A stretch of DNA of 64,000 nt. Origin: Patescibacteria group bacterium (lineage in GTDB: Bacteria > Patescibacteriota > Minisyncoccia > Phycocordibacterales > WO2-35-19). The notes beneath the pieces were generated by a model. It saw nothing but the letters and a program-made list of their open reading frames with translations. It was not told the DNA's origin and searched no databases. The DNA is taken from contig JBBTQO010000009.1 in NCBI GenBank assembly GCA_038065655.1, positions 218 through 64,217 on the forward strand. The letters run 5' to 3'. Every line of letters begins with the position of its first letter. Position 1 is the stretch's first letter. The translations under genes were made by a program, and so were the position numbers. Below, one piece after another: positions 17,715 through 26,973 of the stretch.

Positions 17715-19538
17715 ATGGAAATTAATAACTGCAAATTAAAAAGAGCCTGCCCCGCGAAGCTTAAGCGAAGTGGGGGATTTTCTTTGATTGAAGCTATTTT
17801 TGCCGCAGCCATATTTGCCATTGTATCGGTAGCAATTTATCAAGGATTTATTTCTGTCACCTCACTTATATCTGCTTCGCGTGATAAAGTGGTGGCCATA
17901 AATTTAATAAATAGCGAATTTGAGCTTGTTAGAAATTTATCTTACGACGATGTAGGTCTACAAGGAGGTGTTCCTGCTGGAGTTTTAACAGGAACTTCAA
18001 CTACTTCTGTTGACGGTAGAGATTTTATAATAACTAGAACGATTAGAAATATTGACGACCCTTTTGACGGCACCATTGGCGGTTCACCAAATGATCTTTC
18101 GCCAGCTGACTATAAAATGGTACAAATAAACATATCTTGTAGCTCCTGCAAAAAGCCAATAGATTTTAGTACAATCTCAAATGTTTCTCCGAAAAATTTG
18201 GAAACCGCTTCAACCAACGGCGCTTTGTTTGTGAGAGTTTTTGATGCAAACGGTAATCCGGTACCACAAGCTAGTGTCCATGTTGAAAACTCAGCATTGG
18301 GTATAAATATTAATGAAACTACTAACAATGAAGGACTTTTGGCGATCGTAGATGCGCCACCCGCCTTAAATTCTTATAAAATTACTACAACCAAAAGTGG
18401 TTTTACTACTGATAAAACTTATGCGTCAACAGTTAGTAATCCCAATCCTATAAAACTTGATGCCTCTGTAATTTTGCAACAACTTACTCAAATTTCTTTT
18501 ATTATTGATCAGACCAGTGATATTTCAGTACATACGATCACAGACCGCTGCGTACCAGTTGCAAATGTCCCTTTTGAAATAAAAGGTACTAAGCTCATCG
18601 GTACTTCTCCAGATGTCTATAAATGGGTGGAAAATTTCACTACCGACTCAAACGGGTATAAGGATATTGCTGATGTCGAATGGGATGTTTTCACTTTTTT
18701 AGCAACTGGTGGATTTTATTTGGCCGGTACAAACCCAATATCTCCTATATCAATTTTGCCAAACTCAGAACAAAATATAGATTTGATAATAACCGATGAA
18801 ACTCCGGCGCTACTTTTGGTTAATGTTAAGGAATCTTCAACAAATCTCCCGGTATCTGATGCGACGGTCACTCTTTCGGGAGGTACTTATAACAAAACCC
18901 TAACAACAAATAAGGGATTTTTAATTCAATCTGATTGGCAAGGGGGAGCGGGTCAAGCAAATTTTAGTGATGAGACAAAATACTTTTCTTCAGACGGTAA
19001 TATTGACACTGATAGTCCGATAGGAGAGCTTAAACTTGCAAATTCATTAGGCAATTATGTTGCCTCGGGGGAGCTCACGTCATCAATATTTGATACAGGC
19101 ACTTCCTCAAATTGGAGCCGAGTTGATATTTCACCAACAGATCAACCTGTTGAGACAGGGGTGGGCTCGGTCAGGTTTCAAATAGCAACTGCCCTCGAAA
19201 ATACGGCGACAACTACCTGGGATTTTAAAGGCCCAGATGGAACTAGCGCAACTTTTTATACAATTACTGACAATAACATCAACTCAATTCACAACGGAGA
19301 TAGATACATTAGATACAAAATATATTTAAGAACTGCTGATTCTGATTTTACTCCAAATGTTTCTGATTTTGCCATTTCATTTTCTTCATCCTGTATTCCA
19401 CCAGGGCAGGCTCTATTTTCAAATTTAGAGATGGGCGTCTATACTTTAGATGTATCGGCAGCGGGTTTTTCTACTCAAACTGTACCAGTTAATATGAATT
19501 CAGATTGGCAAAGTCAAAATGTTTTATTATCACCATGA
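17715..19538 (+). CDS. large prepilin-type (pseudopilin/minor-pilin-like) protein
   Basis: 607 aa. Class III signal KRSGG|FSLIEAIFAAAIFAIV, the prepilin cleavage/methylation motif. Confidence 0.7.
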   Translation: MEINNCKLKRACPAKLKRSGGFSLIEAIFAAAIFAIVSVAIYQGFISVTSLISASRDKVVAINLINSEFELVRNLSYDDVGLQGGVPAGVLTGTSTTSVDGRDFIITRTIRNIDDPFDGTIGGSPNDLSPADYKMVQINISCSSCKKPIDFSTISNVSPKNLETASTNGALFVRVFDANGNPVPQASVHVENSALGININETTNNEGLLAIVDAPPALNSYKITTTKSGFTTDKTYASTVSNPNPIKLDASVILQQLTQISFIIDQTSDISVHTITDRCVPVANVPFEIKGTKLIGTSPDVYKWVENFTTDSNGYKDIADVEWDVFTFLATGGFYLAGTNPISPISILPNSEQNIDLIITDETPALLLVNVKESSTNLPVSDATVTLSGGTYNKTLTTNKGFLIQSDWQGGAGQANFSDETKYFSSDGNIDTDSPIGELKLANSLGNYVASGELTSSIFDTGTSSNWSRVDISPTDQPVETGVGSVRFQIATALENTATTTWDFKGPDGTSATFYTITDNNINSIHNGDRYIRYKIYLRTADSDFTPNVSDFAISFSSSCIPPGQALFSNLEMGVYTLDVSAAGFSTQTVPVNMNSDWQSQNVLLSP

Positions 19539-20143
19539 TCAATAATTTTAAAAAAGGATTCAGCTTGGTTGAAATAATCATTGTTATTGCTATAGCGACA
19601 GCGATATTTTTGGCAGTTTTTAATTTTGGTAATAGTATTTTTTCTTTTAATTCCAATGCTCAAAAAAACTTAAGTGCTCAAACAGACGCGAGGCGAGTGC
19701 TTAAAACCATAGTAAGGGAGCTTCGAAGTGCATCACCATCAAGCCTTGGTTCGTACCCGGTAGCACTCGCTAGCAGTACTGCTATTACTTTTTTTTCAAA
19801 TATAGATAGTGATTCATATAAGGAGCAAGTCAGGTATTTTATGCAAGGTAATGAATTAAAAAAAGGAGTAATAAAGCCTTCTGGCTCGCCACTAACTTAT
19901 AATCCGGCAAATGAAAAAATCACCCTATTAATTAGAGATATAAATAATGAAGGGGCAGCGGTTTTTGAGTATTTTGATTCAAGCTATGCTGGTACAAGTA
20001 CTCCACTCGTACAACCGGTACAAGCTACGAAGGTCAGACTAGTGAGAATAAATGTTTATATAGAAAAGGATCCAAATAAATCGCTTGGCCCAGTAATGGT
20101 AACAAGCCAAGTTTTTTTGCGTAATCTTAAAGATAATCTATGA
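19535..20143 (+). CDS. prepilin-type N-terminal domain protein (pseudopilin)
   Basis: MINNFKKG|FSLVEIIIVIAIATAIF. Its ATG overlaps the upstream stop (ATGA). Confidence 0.65.
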   Translation: MINNFKKGFSLVEIIIVIAIATAIFLAVFNFGNSIFSFNSNAQKNLSAQTDARRVLKTIVRELRSASPSSLGSYPVALASSTAITFFSNIDSDSYKEQVRYFMQGNELKKGVIKPSGSPLTYNPANEKITLLIRDINNEGAAVFEYFDSSYAGTSTPLVQPVQATKVRLVRINVYIEKDPNKSLGPVMVTSQVFLRNLKDNL

Positions 20144-21615
20144 AAATTAAAAATTTAAAATTAAAAATTACGAACAAAGGGAGTTTGTTGATTCCCATAA
20201 TTATATTTTCTTCGGTTGCGCTAGTTATTATCGGTGGCATTATGAAATGGGCTCAAATAACTATAGTAGCCAACAGACAACTTATAGTGAGGGAAAAAGC
20301 CATTCAAATAGCTGAATCTGGTATTGATTATTATCGTTGGCATTTAGCTCACAATCAAACAGACTATCAGGATGGTACTGGGGCCGCAGGGCCATATGTA
20401 CATCAGGTACTAGATAAAGATGGAAATATTGTAGGCGAATTTAGTCTTTCAATCACCCCGCCTGTTACCGGCTCAACCAAAGTGAGAATAGAGTCAACTG
20501 GTACTCCAGCAAGCTCAACCATTTCAAGAAAGATAAGGGTGGAAATGGCGATTCCATCACTTGCTAAATATGCGGTAGCGGCTAATGATGTGATGCGTTT
20601 TGGAGAGGGGACAGAAGTTTTTGGGCCAATACATTCAAACAAAGGTATTCGTTTTGATGGCCTGATTCACAATCTTATCACTAGCGCGCTTTCTTCTTAT
20701 GATGATCCGGATCATGATGAATGGGGTACTGATAAAGTTGAGTTTGCTGTTCATACTCACGTGAATGTGCCACCAAATGTTGGTGTCAACGATACTTTTA
20801 GAGCGGCTGAAGCTCCACCCATTAACCCTGTTCCAAATAGAACTGATGTTTTTGAGGTTGGTCGGCAGTTTCCGGTACCGGCAGTTGACTTTACCGGACT
20901 AACCAACAATCTGGCCAATATTAAATCAAGTGCCCAAACAAATGGCAGATATTTCGCCGCCTCGGGTTCACAAGGATATAGAATTGTTCTCAATACGGAT
21001 GATACTTTTACTATACGCAAAGTGACTTCACAGTATAACGACAATAATTGTAGTAATCCGGGTAATCAAACCGGCTGGGGTATCTGGAGTGTCCAAAACA
21101 CCTCTGCTGTCGGTACATACCCGATTCCGGCGAATGGTCTTATTTTTGTAGAAGATAATGTTTGGATAGAGGGGGCCATAAATAGCACCAGAGTGACCAT
21201 TGCTGCTGGGCGTTTTCCTGATAACCCTTCTACTCGACCACAGTTAACTATAAATAATGATTTAACTTACACCAATTATGACGGCACAGATGTGGTGGCC
21301 TTGATTTCTCAAGGTAATGTAAATGTGGGGTTAGTTTCAGATACTAATTTGAGGATTGACGCCGCACTAGTTTCTCAAAATGGTAGAGTGGGGAGGTATT
21401 ATTATGAGAGTGATTGTTCGCCATATAATATCAGAAGTTCCATCACGCTTTACGGTATGATTGCCACAAACATAAGGTATGGTTTTGCCTATACCAACGG
21501 CACCGGTTATCAAGACCGAAATATTATATATGATGCCAACCTCTTGTATGGTCCACCACCATCATTTCCATTAACCTCTGATAAATACGAAATTTTGTCG
21601 TGGGAGGAGATATAA
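20140..21615 (+). CDS. pilus-associated large protein (N-terminal hydrophobic anchor)
   Basis: 491 aa. ATGA overlap with the upstream pseudopilin gene. N-terminal TM segment IPIIIFSSVALVIIGGI. Same operon. Confidence 0.45.
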   Translation: MKIKNLKLKITNKGSLLIPIIIFSSVALVIIGGIMKWAQITIVANRQLIVREKAIQIAESGIDYYRWHLAHNQTDYQDGTGAAGPYVHQVLDKDGNIVGEFSLSITPPVTGSTKVRIESTGTPASSTISRKIRVEMAIPSLAKYAVAANDVMRFGEGTEVFGPIHSNKGIRFDGLIHNLITSALSSYDDPDHDEWGTDKVEFAVHTHVNVPPNVGVNDTFRAAEAPPINPVPNRTDVFEVGRQFPVPAVDFTGLTNNLANIKSSAQTNGRYFAASGSQGYRIVLNTDDTFTIRKVTSQYNDNNCSNPGNQTGWGIWSVQNTSAVGTYPIPANGLIFVEDNVWIEGAINSTRVTIAAGRFPDNPSTRPQLTINNDLTYTNYDGTDVVALISQGNVNVGLVSDTNLRIDAALVSQNGRVGRYYYESDCSPYNIRSSITLYGMIATNIRYGFAYTNGTGYQDRNIIYDANLLYGPPPSFPLTSDKYEILSWEEI

Positions 21616-21652
21616 CCCACCCCCCAACCCCTCCCTTAAATTAAGGGAGGGG
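21613..21652 (+). repeat. Family-E element starting with the stop codon
   Basis: TAAcccaccccccaa-cccctccctt-aaatt-aagggagggg. Confidence 0.5.
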
Positions 21653-21660
21653 GGTTCCGA

Positions 21661-21698
21661 GCCCTCTCTTGTTGTAAGAGAGGGTTGGGTGAGTTATT
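21661..21698 (+). repeat. Family-A element
   Basis: gccctctctt-gttgt-aagagaggg-ttgggtgagttatt, 8 nt before the tpiA ATG. Confidence 0.6.
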
Positions 21699-21706
21699 AT
21701 ATAAAT

Positions 21707-22477
21707 ATGAAGCATCGCAATCTAGTAGTGGCTAATTGGAAGATGAGTCCAGAGACTTTAGAAGAGGCCAAAAAAATATTTAATGGCGCTAGGTTGGCAG
21801 CTAAAGGTTTAAAAAATACAGATGTAATTATTTGCCCACCTTTTCTATTTATTCAGCCACTTTTAAAATTGAAATATCCTAAAAATATGTTTTTGGGAGG
21901 GCAGAATATTTCGAGTGAAATCAAAGGTGCTTTTACGGGAGAAGTCAGCGCCTATATGGTAAAAAATTTAGGAGTCGGCTTTTCTATAATTGGTCATTCC
22001 GAAAGAAGGACGATGGGTGAGAGCAATGAAATAATTAGAAAAAAATTACAAATTGCTTTTGATGCCGATTTAACACCAATTTTTTGTATTGGTGAAAAAG
22101 AAAGAGACAAAGAAGGAAGCCATCTCAGTTTTATAAAAAATCAAATCAAAGAATGCTTAACTGGTTTACAGAAAAAACATTTGGTTGGCATCATTGTTGC
22201 CTACGAACCAATTTGGGCCATTGGCAAATCTTACAAAGAAGCAATGAGTGCTACTGACATTCACGAGACAGTTTTATTTATAAAAAAAATTATAAGCGAG
22301 CTTTTTGGTAAGGACATCGCTGATGGTTCTAAAATTCTTTACGGTGGCTCAGTGGAAGCAGAAAATGCTTATGAAATGGCCCATATTGGCAATATTGAAG
22401 GTTTCCTAGTGGGCCACGCCTCACTCCGCCCAGAACAATTTTCTGCCGTCTTAAAATCGGTGGATATGAAGAGGTAA
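21707..22477 (+). CDS. tpiA: triosephosphate isomerase
   Basis: MKHRNLVVANWKM...AYEPIWAIGKS...GGSV are the TIM signatures. Confidence 0.9.
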   Translation: MKHRNLVVANWKMSPETLEEAKKIFNGARLAAKGLKNTDVIICPPFLFIQPLLKLKYPKNMFLGGQNISSEIKGAFTGEVSAYMVKNLGVGFSIIGHSERRTMGESNEIIRKKLQIAFDADLTPIFCIGEKERDKEGSHLSFIKNQIKECLTGLQKKHLVGIIVAYEPIWAIGKSYKEAMSATDIHETVLFIKKIISELFGKDIADGSKILYGGSVEAENAYEMAHIGNIEGFLVGHASLRPEQFSAVLKSVDMKR

Positions 22478-22535
22478 TTTCCCTTCCCAGAAGATGACCT
22501 TTGAAGACCCTGCCTCAAAAGGTCATCTTCAAATT
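22478..22535 (+). terminator. Family-B post-stop hairpin with conserved loop (after tpiA)
   Basis: tttcccttcccaGAAGATGACCTTTgaagaccctgcctcaAAAGGTCATCTTCaaatt. Confidence 0.6.
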
Positions 22536-22583
22536 CCTACATTAGTCAAAAATTCGCGACCGCGAAAATCTGGCTAATTTAGA

Positions 22584-22621
22584 ATACACAGATTTCAGAC
22601 GGTCGTCGCTAATCTGTGTAT
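22584..22621 (+). promoter_or_regulatory. 38-nt palindromic operator-like site (ATACACAG-N-GACGGTCGTC-N-CTGTGTAT), copy 3
   Basis: atacacagatttcagacggtcgtcgctaatctgtgtat overlaps the higB start. Confidence 0.55.
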
Positions 22622-22879
22622 GTAATAAAAAACAAAATTATTTCTTTAGTTGATGTTTTGATGGAAAATAATGGCTCGCTTGGAAACCTTGATTCAAAAA
22701 GTTTAAGAAAAGGACTTTTTGAACTAAGATTAATTGGTTCTGTTAATACAAGAATATTTTATTGTTTTCATAAAGACACAATCTATTTATTACACGCAAT
22801 AATTAAGAAAACTCAAAGAACACCAATAAGAGAAATTGAATTTGCTAGAAAAATGAAAAAGATAGTTGGACAATTATAA
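22616..22879 (+). CDS. HigB-like toxin (Gp49/DUF891-like)
   Basis: ...LRKGLFELRLIGSVNTRIFYCFHKDTIYLLHAIIKKTQRTPIREIEFARK matches Gp49-like killer proteins. Overlaps the downstream XRE antitoxin gene. The track start is a GTG inside a palindrome, so the true start may instead be Met at 22661. Confidence 0.65.
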   Translation: MYVIKNKIISLVDVLMENNGSLGNLDSKSLRKGLFELRLIGSVNTRIFYCFHKDTIYLLHAIIKKTQRTPIREIEFARKMKKIVGQL

Positions 22880-23195
22880 CGCATATGTTATCATAAACAA
22901 TATGGAAAAAACATATAAAAAAATAAAACTAATTTCTCATGAAGACTTCAAAAAAAAGCTTTTAAAGAAGCCATCTTTCCGTAAGTACTATGAAGAAACA
23001 AGTTTTGAAAGAGAAATTTTCAAGGCAATTATAAAGGCAAGAGCTCAAAAAGATCTTACCCAAAGAGAGCTAGCGGAAAAAATCGGTGTCAAACAATCAG
23101 CCTTGGCGCGTTTTGAATCTGGCAGAACCAACCCCACACTCGGTTTTCTTAAAAAAGTTGTTTCAGGATTAGGTTTGAATGTGACGGTAAAATAA
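22866..23195 (+). CDS. HigA-like XRE-family antitoxin
   Basis: ...LTQRELAEKIGVKQSALARFESGRTNPTLGFLKKVVSGLGLNV is an HTH_XRE domain. Confidence 0.7.
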   Translation: MDNYNAYVIINNMEKTYKKIKLISHEDFKKKLLKKPSFRKYYEETSFEREIFKAIIKARAQKDLTQRELAEKIGVKQSALARFESGRTNPTLGFLKKVVSGLGLNVTVK

Positions 23196-23210
23196 CTATA
23201 ATTAAAATTT

Positions 23211-24242
23211 ATGAGTATCAAATCAATTGAAGAAGCGAAAATAGAAAAAGGGACAATGGTTTTGATAAGGGTGGATTGGAACCTGCCAATGAAAGATGGG
23301 GTGATTTTAGATACTTCTAGGATTGGGGCTAGTGTTAAAACTATAAATTTTGCTTTGGACAAAGGAGCCAAGATTATAATATTGAGTCATTTAGGAGACG
23401 GCACAGATTCTTTGGAAATTGTGGCGAAGGAAGCAGAAAAATTTTTCCTAGAAACTCAAGTCAAATTTGTGCGAGATCCTTGGAATGCTTCATCGCCAGA
23501 TGGCAAAAAAGTTTTGGAAAATTTGAAAAGCGGAGAAATTGCGGTTATTGAAAACTTAAGATTTTGGATGGAAAAAGAAAATGATAATTCTTTTGCCCAA
23601 AAATTAGCCGAATTTAGTGATATTTATGTGAATGAAGCCTTTTCTGTTTCTCACCGAGAGCACACTTCTATCGTTAAATTGCCAAAACTTTTGCCTCACT
23701 TTGCCGGATTTCACTTTTTAGAAGAATTTAATAAATTATCAGAGGCTCTAAATCCAGAACACCCGTTTCTTTTTATTTTGGGCGGTCTTAAATTTGAAAC
23801 TAAATTGCCGTTGGTAGAGAAATTTTTAAATATTGCCGATGATATTTTTATCGGCGGAGCCAACGCTTTGCCGGCTTCAGGTGAGTCTTTTGCTGATAAT
23901 CCTAAGATAATCTTCCCAGTTGGCGATATTTCAGCTTTGGATGCAAATACCGAAACTTTGGATGTTTTAAAATTGAAAATTGAAAATTGTAGATTCATCT
24001 TATGGAATGGACCATTAGGTAATTATGAAAAAGGGTTTGTGGCTGGCACAGTGGCTTTGGCTAGAATGCTAGCCGAGTCAAATGCCAAGGTTATAGTGGG
24101 CGGGGGAGACACTTTGGCCGTTCTCAAACCAGAAATTAAAGAAGCCATTTCTGTTCATGGTTTTGTATCCACTGCTGGCGGAGCAATGTTGGATTTTCTC
24201 GCCAATGGCACTTTGCCTGGTATTGAAGCTCTTCAGAACTAA
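23211..24242 (+). CDS. pgk: phosphoglycerate kinase (short form)
   Basis: VLIRVDWNLPMKDGVILDTSRIGASVKTINFALDKGAKIIILSHLG is the PGK N-terminal signature. At 343 aa it is shorter than typical PGK. Confidence 0.8.
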   Translation: MSIKSIEEAKIEKGTMVLIRVDWNLPMKDGVILDTSRIGASVKTINFALDKGAKIIILSHLGDGTDSLEIVAKEAEKFFLETQVKFVRDPWNASSPDGKKVLENLKSGEIAVIENLRFWMEKENDNSFAQKLAEFSDIYVNEAFSVSHREHTSIVKLPKLLPHFAGFHFLEEFNKLSEALNPEHPFLFILGGLKFETKLPLVEKFLNIADDIFIGGANALPASGESFADNPKIIFPVGDISALDANTETLDVLKLKIENCRFILWNGPLGNYEKGFVAGTVALARMLAESNAKVIVGGGDTLAVLKPEIKEAISVHGFVSTAGGAMLDFLANGTLPGIEALQN

Positions 24243-24262
24243 AATAGTTCTTGAGAAAGAAT

Positions 24263-24640
24263 CTATTTTAGTTCTGATATTATTTTTTGAGCGTTTTGAA
24301 CAAAGTTTTTTGGGTCTTCTTTGTTTTCAGAATCCAATCCTGCTTTGGCTGGATAAATCCAAACGTGAGCGTGCTCTACCTCGTCTCCCACTATTTTTGA
24401 AAGTATCCATTTTGTTTTAAATGCTTTTTGTTGAGCTAGTGCTATTTTTTTAACAATTTCAAAATATTCTCCAAAATTTTCTACATCCCATACCCAGCGA
24501 CAATGTTTTTTAGGAATAACTTGAACGTGACCAGGAGATTGGGGGTTTATATCAAGAAAGGCCAAAAAATCATTATCCTCATAAACTTTATGACTTGGTA
24601 TTTGACCCTTTACTATTCTACAAAAAATACAATTTTCCAT
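24263..24640 (-). CDS. HIT-family (Hint-like) protein
   Basis: CIFCRIVKGQIPSHKVYEDNDFLAFLDINPQSPGHVQVIPKKH plus an EHAHVWIYP triad variant. Confidence 0.75.
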   Translation of the reverse strand: MENCIFCRIVKGQIPSHKVYEDNDFLAFLDINPQSPGHVQVIPKKHCRWVWDVENFGEYFEIVKKIALAQQKAFKTKWILSKIVGDEVEHAHVWIYPAKAGLDSENKEDPKNFVQNAQKIISELK

Positions 24641-24754
24641 ATTTTAATTTTATCACATTTACGCACAAAATTACAAAAACATTATTTCTGCGTTAGGTCA
24701 TAAGGATAAGGCTCTTGAAACAATGTTTTTGTAATTTTGTGCTAACATTCTTTT

Positions 24755-26437
24755 ATGTCTAAAAAATACAATATTAAACATAAAATATCTGATAATCTGG
24801 TAGAGCAGTTGTTGTATAACAGGGGAGTAAAAACCAAAGAAGAAAGAGAAATTTTCCTACAACCTGATTTTGTAAAACATTTGCATGACCCTTTTCTTTT
24901 GCCTGATATGAAAAAAGCGGTAAAAAGAATTTTAGTTGCTATTGAAAATAATGAAAGAATAGGAATTTGGAGCGATTATGATGCTGATGGTATCCCCGGT
25001 GGGGCATTACTTCATGATTTTTTTAAACTAATTGGTTTTAATAATTTTATAAATTATATTCCTGACCGGCACATTGAAGGCTATGGTCTAAACAGTGAGG
25101 GCATAGAAGAATTGGCTAAGGATAAAATTAAACTTTTAATAACTATTGATTGTGGTATTAGAGATCATAAAGAAATTGAACATGCCAAAAAACATGGAAT
25201 AGATGTGATTGTTACCGATCACCACGAGCAATCTGATGGATTGCCAAAAGCTTTTGCGATCGTTAATCCGAAAAGGGAAGATTCTAAATATCCAGAAAAA
25301 ATTCTTTGTGGAACTGGAGTGATTTGGAAATTAATTGAAGCCATTTTAAAAACTAAAAGAGAATTGCTAAAAGAAGGGCACGAAAAATGGCTTCTTGATT
25401 TGGTGGGAATGGCCACTCTTTCTGATATGGTGCCACTAATCGGAGAAAACAGAGTCTTGGCTTTCTTTGGTCTTTCTGTCTTGAGGAAAAGTAGACGGCC
25501 GGGACTTTTAAAACTTTTTTCAATGCTCAAAATAAACAAAAACAATATTTCGGAAGATGATATTGCTTTTATGATTACTCCAAGAATTAATGCCGCTTCT
25601 CGAATGGGTCATCCGCGCGACGCTTTTAAACTTTTGATCGCCGAAAATGAAGTGGAAGCGGAAAGTTATGCTAAACATTTGGATAACATAAATAACGAGA
25701 GGAAAGGAGTGGTAGCCAGTATTGTCAAAGAAGTCAAAAAAAGAGTCAGAGAAAAATTTGAAAATGAAGGAGAAAAATCTGTGGTTGTTTTAGGCAATCC
25801 AGATTGGCGACCGGCTCTTTTGGGTTTGGTTGCCAACTCTATTGCCGAAGAATTTAATCGACCGGTTTTTTTATGGGGACGTGCTTCAGATGAAATTGGG
25901 GGTGTGTTGAAAGGGTCCTGCCGATCAGATGGTACCACAAATCTTGTAGCCTTGATGGAAAGAGCCAAAGATCATTTTATTGAATTTGGTGGTCATAAAT
26001 TATCCGGCGGATTTTCGGTTTTGTTTGAAAAAATTCCTACCTTAGAAGAATCCTTAATTGATGCTTCAACCCATATTATAAATAATGATCTAGATATTTT
26101 AGTTGATGCTGAATTAAATTTAAAAGATATTTCAGAAAAATCAGTTACTGAGATTTTAAGTTTGGCACCGTTTGGAGTCGGTAATGAAAAACCATTATTT
26201 ATTTTTAGAAATGTTATACCGGAAAAAATAAATAGGTTTGGTAAAGCTAAAGAACATTTATCAATAAATTTTAGAGACGGACTTCATACAACGAGAGGTA
26301 TTTCATTTTTTACTTCACCTGATCAATTTGGTGATACCCTAAAGGAAGGTATTAAAACAAATCTGGTTGCCAATGTTGAAAAATCTGATTTCGGTGGCCG
26401 ACGAGAAATCCGTTTGAGGATTGTTGATTTTTTTTAG
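24755..26437 (+). CDS. recJ: single-stranded-DNA-specific exonuclease RecJ
   Basis: DHH/DHHA1 architecture: SDYDADGI, VIVTDHH, GGHKLSGG. Confidence 0.85.
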   Translation: MSKKYNIKHKISDNLVEQLLYNRGVKTKEEREIFLQPDFVKHLHDPFLLPDMKKAVKRILVAIENNERIGIWSDYDADGIPGGALLHDFFKLIGFNNFINYIPDRHIEGYGLNSEGIEELAKDKIKLLITIDCGIRDHKEIEHAKKHGIDVIVTDHHEQSDGLPKAFAIVNPKREDSKYPEKILCGTGVIWKLIEAILKTKRELLKEGHEKWLLDLVGMATLSDMVPLIGENRVLAFFGLSVLRKSRRPGLLKLFSMLKINKNNISEDDIAFMITPRINAASRMGHPRDAFKLLIAENEVEAESYAKHLDNINNERKGVVASIVKEVKKRVREKFENEGEKSVVVLGNPDWRPALLGLVANSIAEEFNRPVFLWGRASDEIGGVLKGSCRSDGTTNLVALMERAKDHFIEFGGHKLSGGFSVLFEKIPTLEESLIDASTHIINNDLDILVDAELNLKDISEKSVTEILSLAPFGVGNEKPLFIFRNVIPEKINRFGKAKEHLSINFRDGLHTTRGISFFTSPDQFGDTLKEGIKTNLVANVEKSDFGGRREIRLRIVDFF

Positions 26438-26469
26438 GCATATTGGTATTCTCTTGATGGGAGGTCTTT

Positions 26470-26595
26470 GTGAAGACTACAAAAACTGGAAGTAAAGTAG
26501 GCAAAGAGATTTACAATCTCTGCCTGAAAGGAGGTTTCTCAATCCGCAAAGCGAAGATGTGGGCAAGAATCTTCAGGGAAGAATTTTCTTCCTAA
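26470..26595 (+). CDS. possible 41-aa basic small protein
   Basis: GGGAGG SD, then GTG. VKTTKTGSKVGKEIYNLCLKGGFSIRKAKMWARIFREEFSS. Followed by an intrinsic terminator at 26603..26655. Confidence 0.3.
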   Translation: MKTTKTGSKVGKEIYNLCLKGGFSIRKAKMWARIFREEFSS

Positions 26596-26602
26596 GTGAG
26601 AA

Positions 26603-26655
26603 TGCGCTCCGCAACTCGGGCTCATGTATGAGTTTGGTGCGGAGCGTTTTGTTTG
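26603..26655 (+). terminator. intrinsic terminator
   Basis: Stem GCGCTCCGCAAC...TGCGGAGCG followed by TTTTGTTTG. Confidence 0.55.
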
Positions 26656-26670
26656 TGATAAAATGGTTTC

Positions 26671-26844
26671 ATGAAAAAGGATTTAGCTATAGTACCAATG
26701 GAAATAATTGAAAGAAAAATATCTTTCGGCTCCAAAACCCAAAGAGGGGCGGAAACCACCTCCATACTGGCCTCAGTCATCATGAGCTTGAAGTGGAACC
26801 ACCCAAACGACTGGTTCCAAAAGTATTTAAAATTGAGCACTTAA
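26671..26844 (+). CDS. possible 57-aa small protein
   Basis: MKKDLAIVPMEIIERKISFGSKTQRGAETTSILASVIMSLKWNHPNDWFQKYLKLST. Below the ORF-track size cut-off. An extended -10-like TGTGATAAAAT box lies 6 nt upstream. Confidence 0.25.
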   Translation: MKKDLAIVPMEIIERKISFGSKTQRGAETTSILASVIMSLKWNHPNDWFQKYLKLST

Positions 26845-26918
26845 AATATCCTTGTTTTTAGGGGTGTTTTGAGGGGTGTGGATACTTACATTTCTTTGTT
26901 ATAACTAACCTCTTTTGC

Positions 26919-26947
26919 TTGACAATAAGTTTGGGTAAGAGTATAAA
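26919..26947 (+). promoter_or_regulatory. sigma70-like promoter TTGACA-N17-TATAAA (cassette E3)
   Basis: ttgcTTGACAataagtttgggtaagagTATAAA, read directly. Confidence 0.55.
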
Positions 26948-26973
26948 GTAAATTAGGAAAGGAGCCCGTGAAG

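Noticed and set aside
22616-22622. ATG at 22620 as the HigB start
   Set aside because: It is out of frame with the long ORF. The in-frame options are GTG at 22616 (inside the palindrome) or Met at 22661.
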